Below are positions 29,879 through 30,402 of a stretch of 30,402 bases of DNA, one piece after another. The position numbers and the translations under genes are program-made. Position 1 is the first letter of the stretch, and each line of letters starts with the position of its first letter. Source of the stretch: Rhodospirillales bacterium (lineage in GTDB: Bacteria; Pseudomonadota; Alphaproteobacteria; Bin95); the NCBI GenBank assembly GCA_038143065.1, contig JAYQLI010000036.1, positions 1 through 30,402 of the forward strand, written 5' to 3'. The notes beneath the pieces were generated by a model. That model saw only the letters and a list, made by a program, of their open reading frames with translations. It made no database searches and was not told where the DNA came from.

Positions 29879-30402
29879 ATGACAGCACAGCGTCTGGAAG
29901 TCGTCGCAATTGGTGTCGCCAAGGATTTGGTGTCGCGTCCATCAGGTGCACGATCGGCTCTCTTCCTCGTGATTTTTCACGTATGTCCTGGCACTGGTCG
30001 GCCCATTTCTCGCGCGCTTTGATTACAAGTCGCAGAATTCGGCCCTGATGTTGTTCTGGGCCGGGCTGCTTGCAATCCATTGGCTTGCGTGCTGATCATT
30101 TGGGCCGGGATGTGTTATCACGCACTCGGCGGGTGGACGCGAAGCCTTGCTTGTCACTGGAGTCGCCACACCTCTGGCGGTGATCTGGGGGGCTTTGTCG
30201 GCATTCTTTTCGGGCATGGTTGGTGGGCGCCTCGACGAAGTGCTGATGCGTGTGTGGTCGATGCATTTCTATCCTTACCTGGATTTTGAAGATGCTGGTG
30301 CTGATTATTTGCCCGATGCTGGCGTTGAAATGATGCCACCTTGCGGTTTTTCTGCTTTGTTCAGGTGGTCAGGTTACCCGGTATAACGCATGATGTCATT
30401 GC
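29879..30402 (+). CDS. ABC transporter permease (DppC/OppC type), partial at the window end
   Basis: Follows DppB; G.D.LGRD-like segment, ATPLAV..G..G..GG.LDEVLMR.VDAFL..P. Confidence 0.65.

Noticed and set aside
19042-30386. Numerous short overlapping or antisense ORFs
   Set aside because: Shadows or frameshifted pieces of the annotated genes in higher-GC DNA.

Overview
Genomic-island-like window from a marine alphaproteobacterium (inferred from dmdA, an MttB-family gene and a Roseobacter-type ECF cluster). Many genes are broken by 1-bp indels, and error density rises sharply right of about 18 kb. This looks like a raw long read, so most frameshifts are treated as sequencing errors. The left 15.7 kb is organised by four diverged copies of a 100-330 bp non-coding repeat in strictly alternating orientation (+ at 1-100, - at 6941-7236, + at 8387-8712, - at 15437-15590). 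The repeat has attP-arm features: an IHF-like box, tandem 11/12-bp sites and a variable heptamer tract. One copy is fused to a tRNA-Arg 3'-end fragment and another replaces the 5' end of a tyrosine integrase (7237-8300). The repeats bracket two ~7.2 kb cargo blocks. Block 1 holds a sulfatase, a class V PLP enzyme, a Rep-helicase/ori remnant, a passenger-less inverse autotransporter with a coupled secreted protein, and a secreted hypothetical. Block 2 holds a 5'-truncated UbiD, a cyclase, a UGSC-family fusion and an EF-hand/ECF sigma/anti-sigma/metal-sensor cluster. At 15716-15773 is a second att scar: a tRNA-fMet 3' end overlapping the C-terminal codons of a serine recombinase. The right half holds TauD, FkbM, a truncated Ldh_2 gene, dmdA, a HIUase-like gene, a ThDP enzyme, an FMN alpha-hydroxy-acid oxidase, LysR, MttB, peptidase E and a Dpp/Opp ABC transporter.
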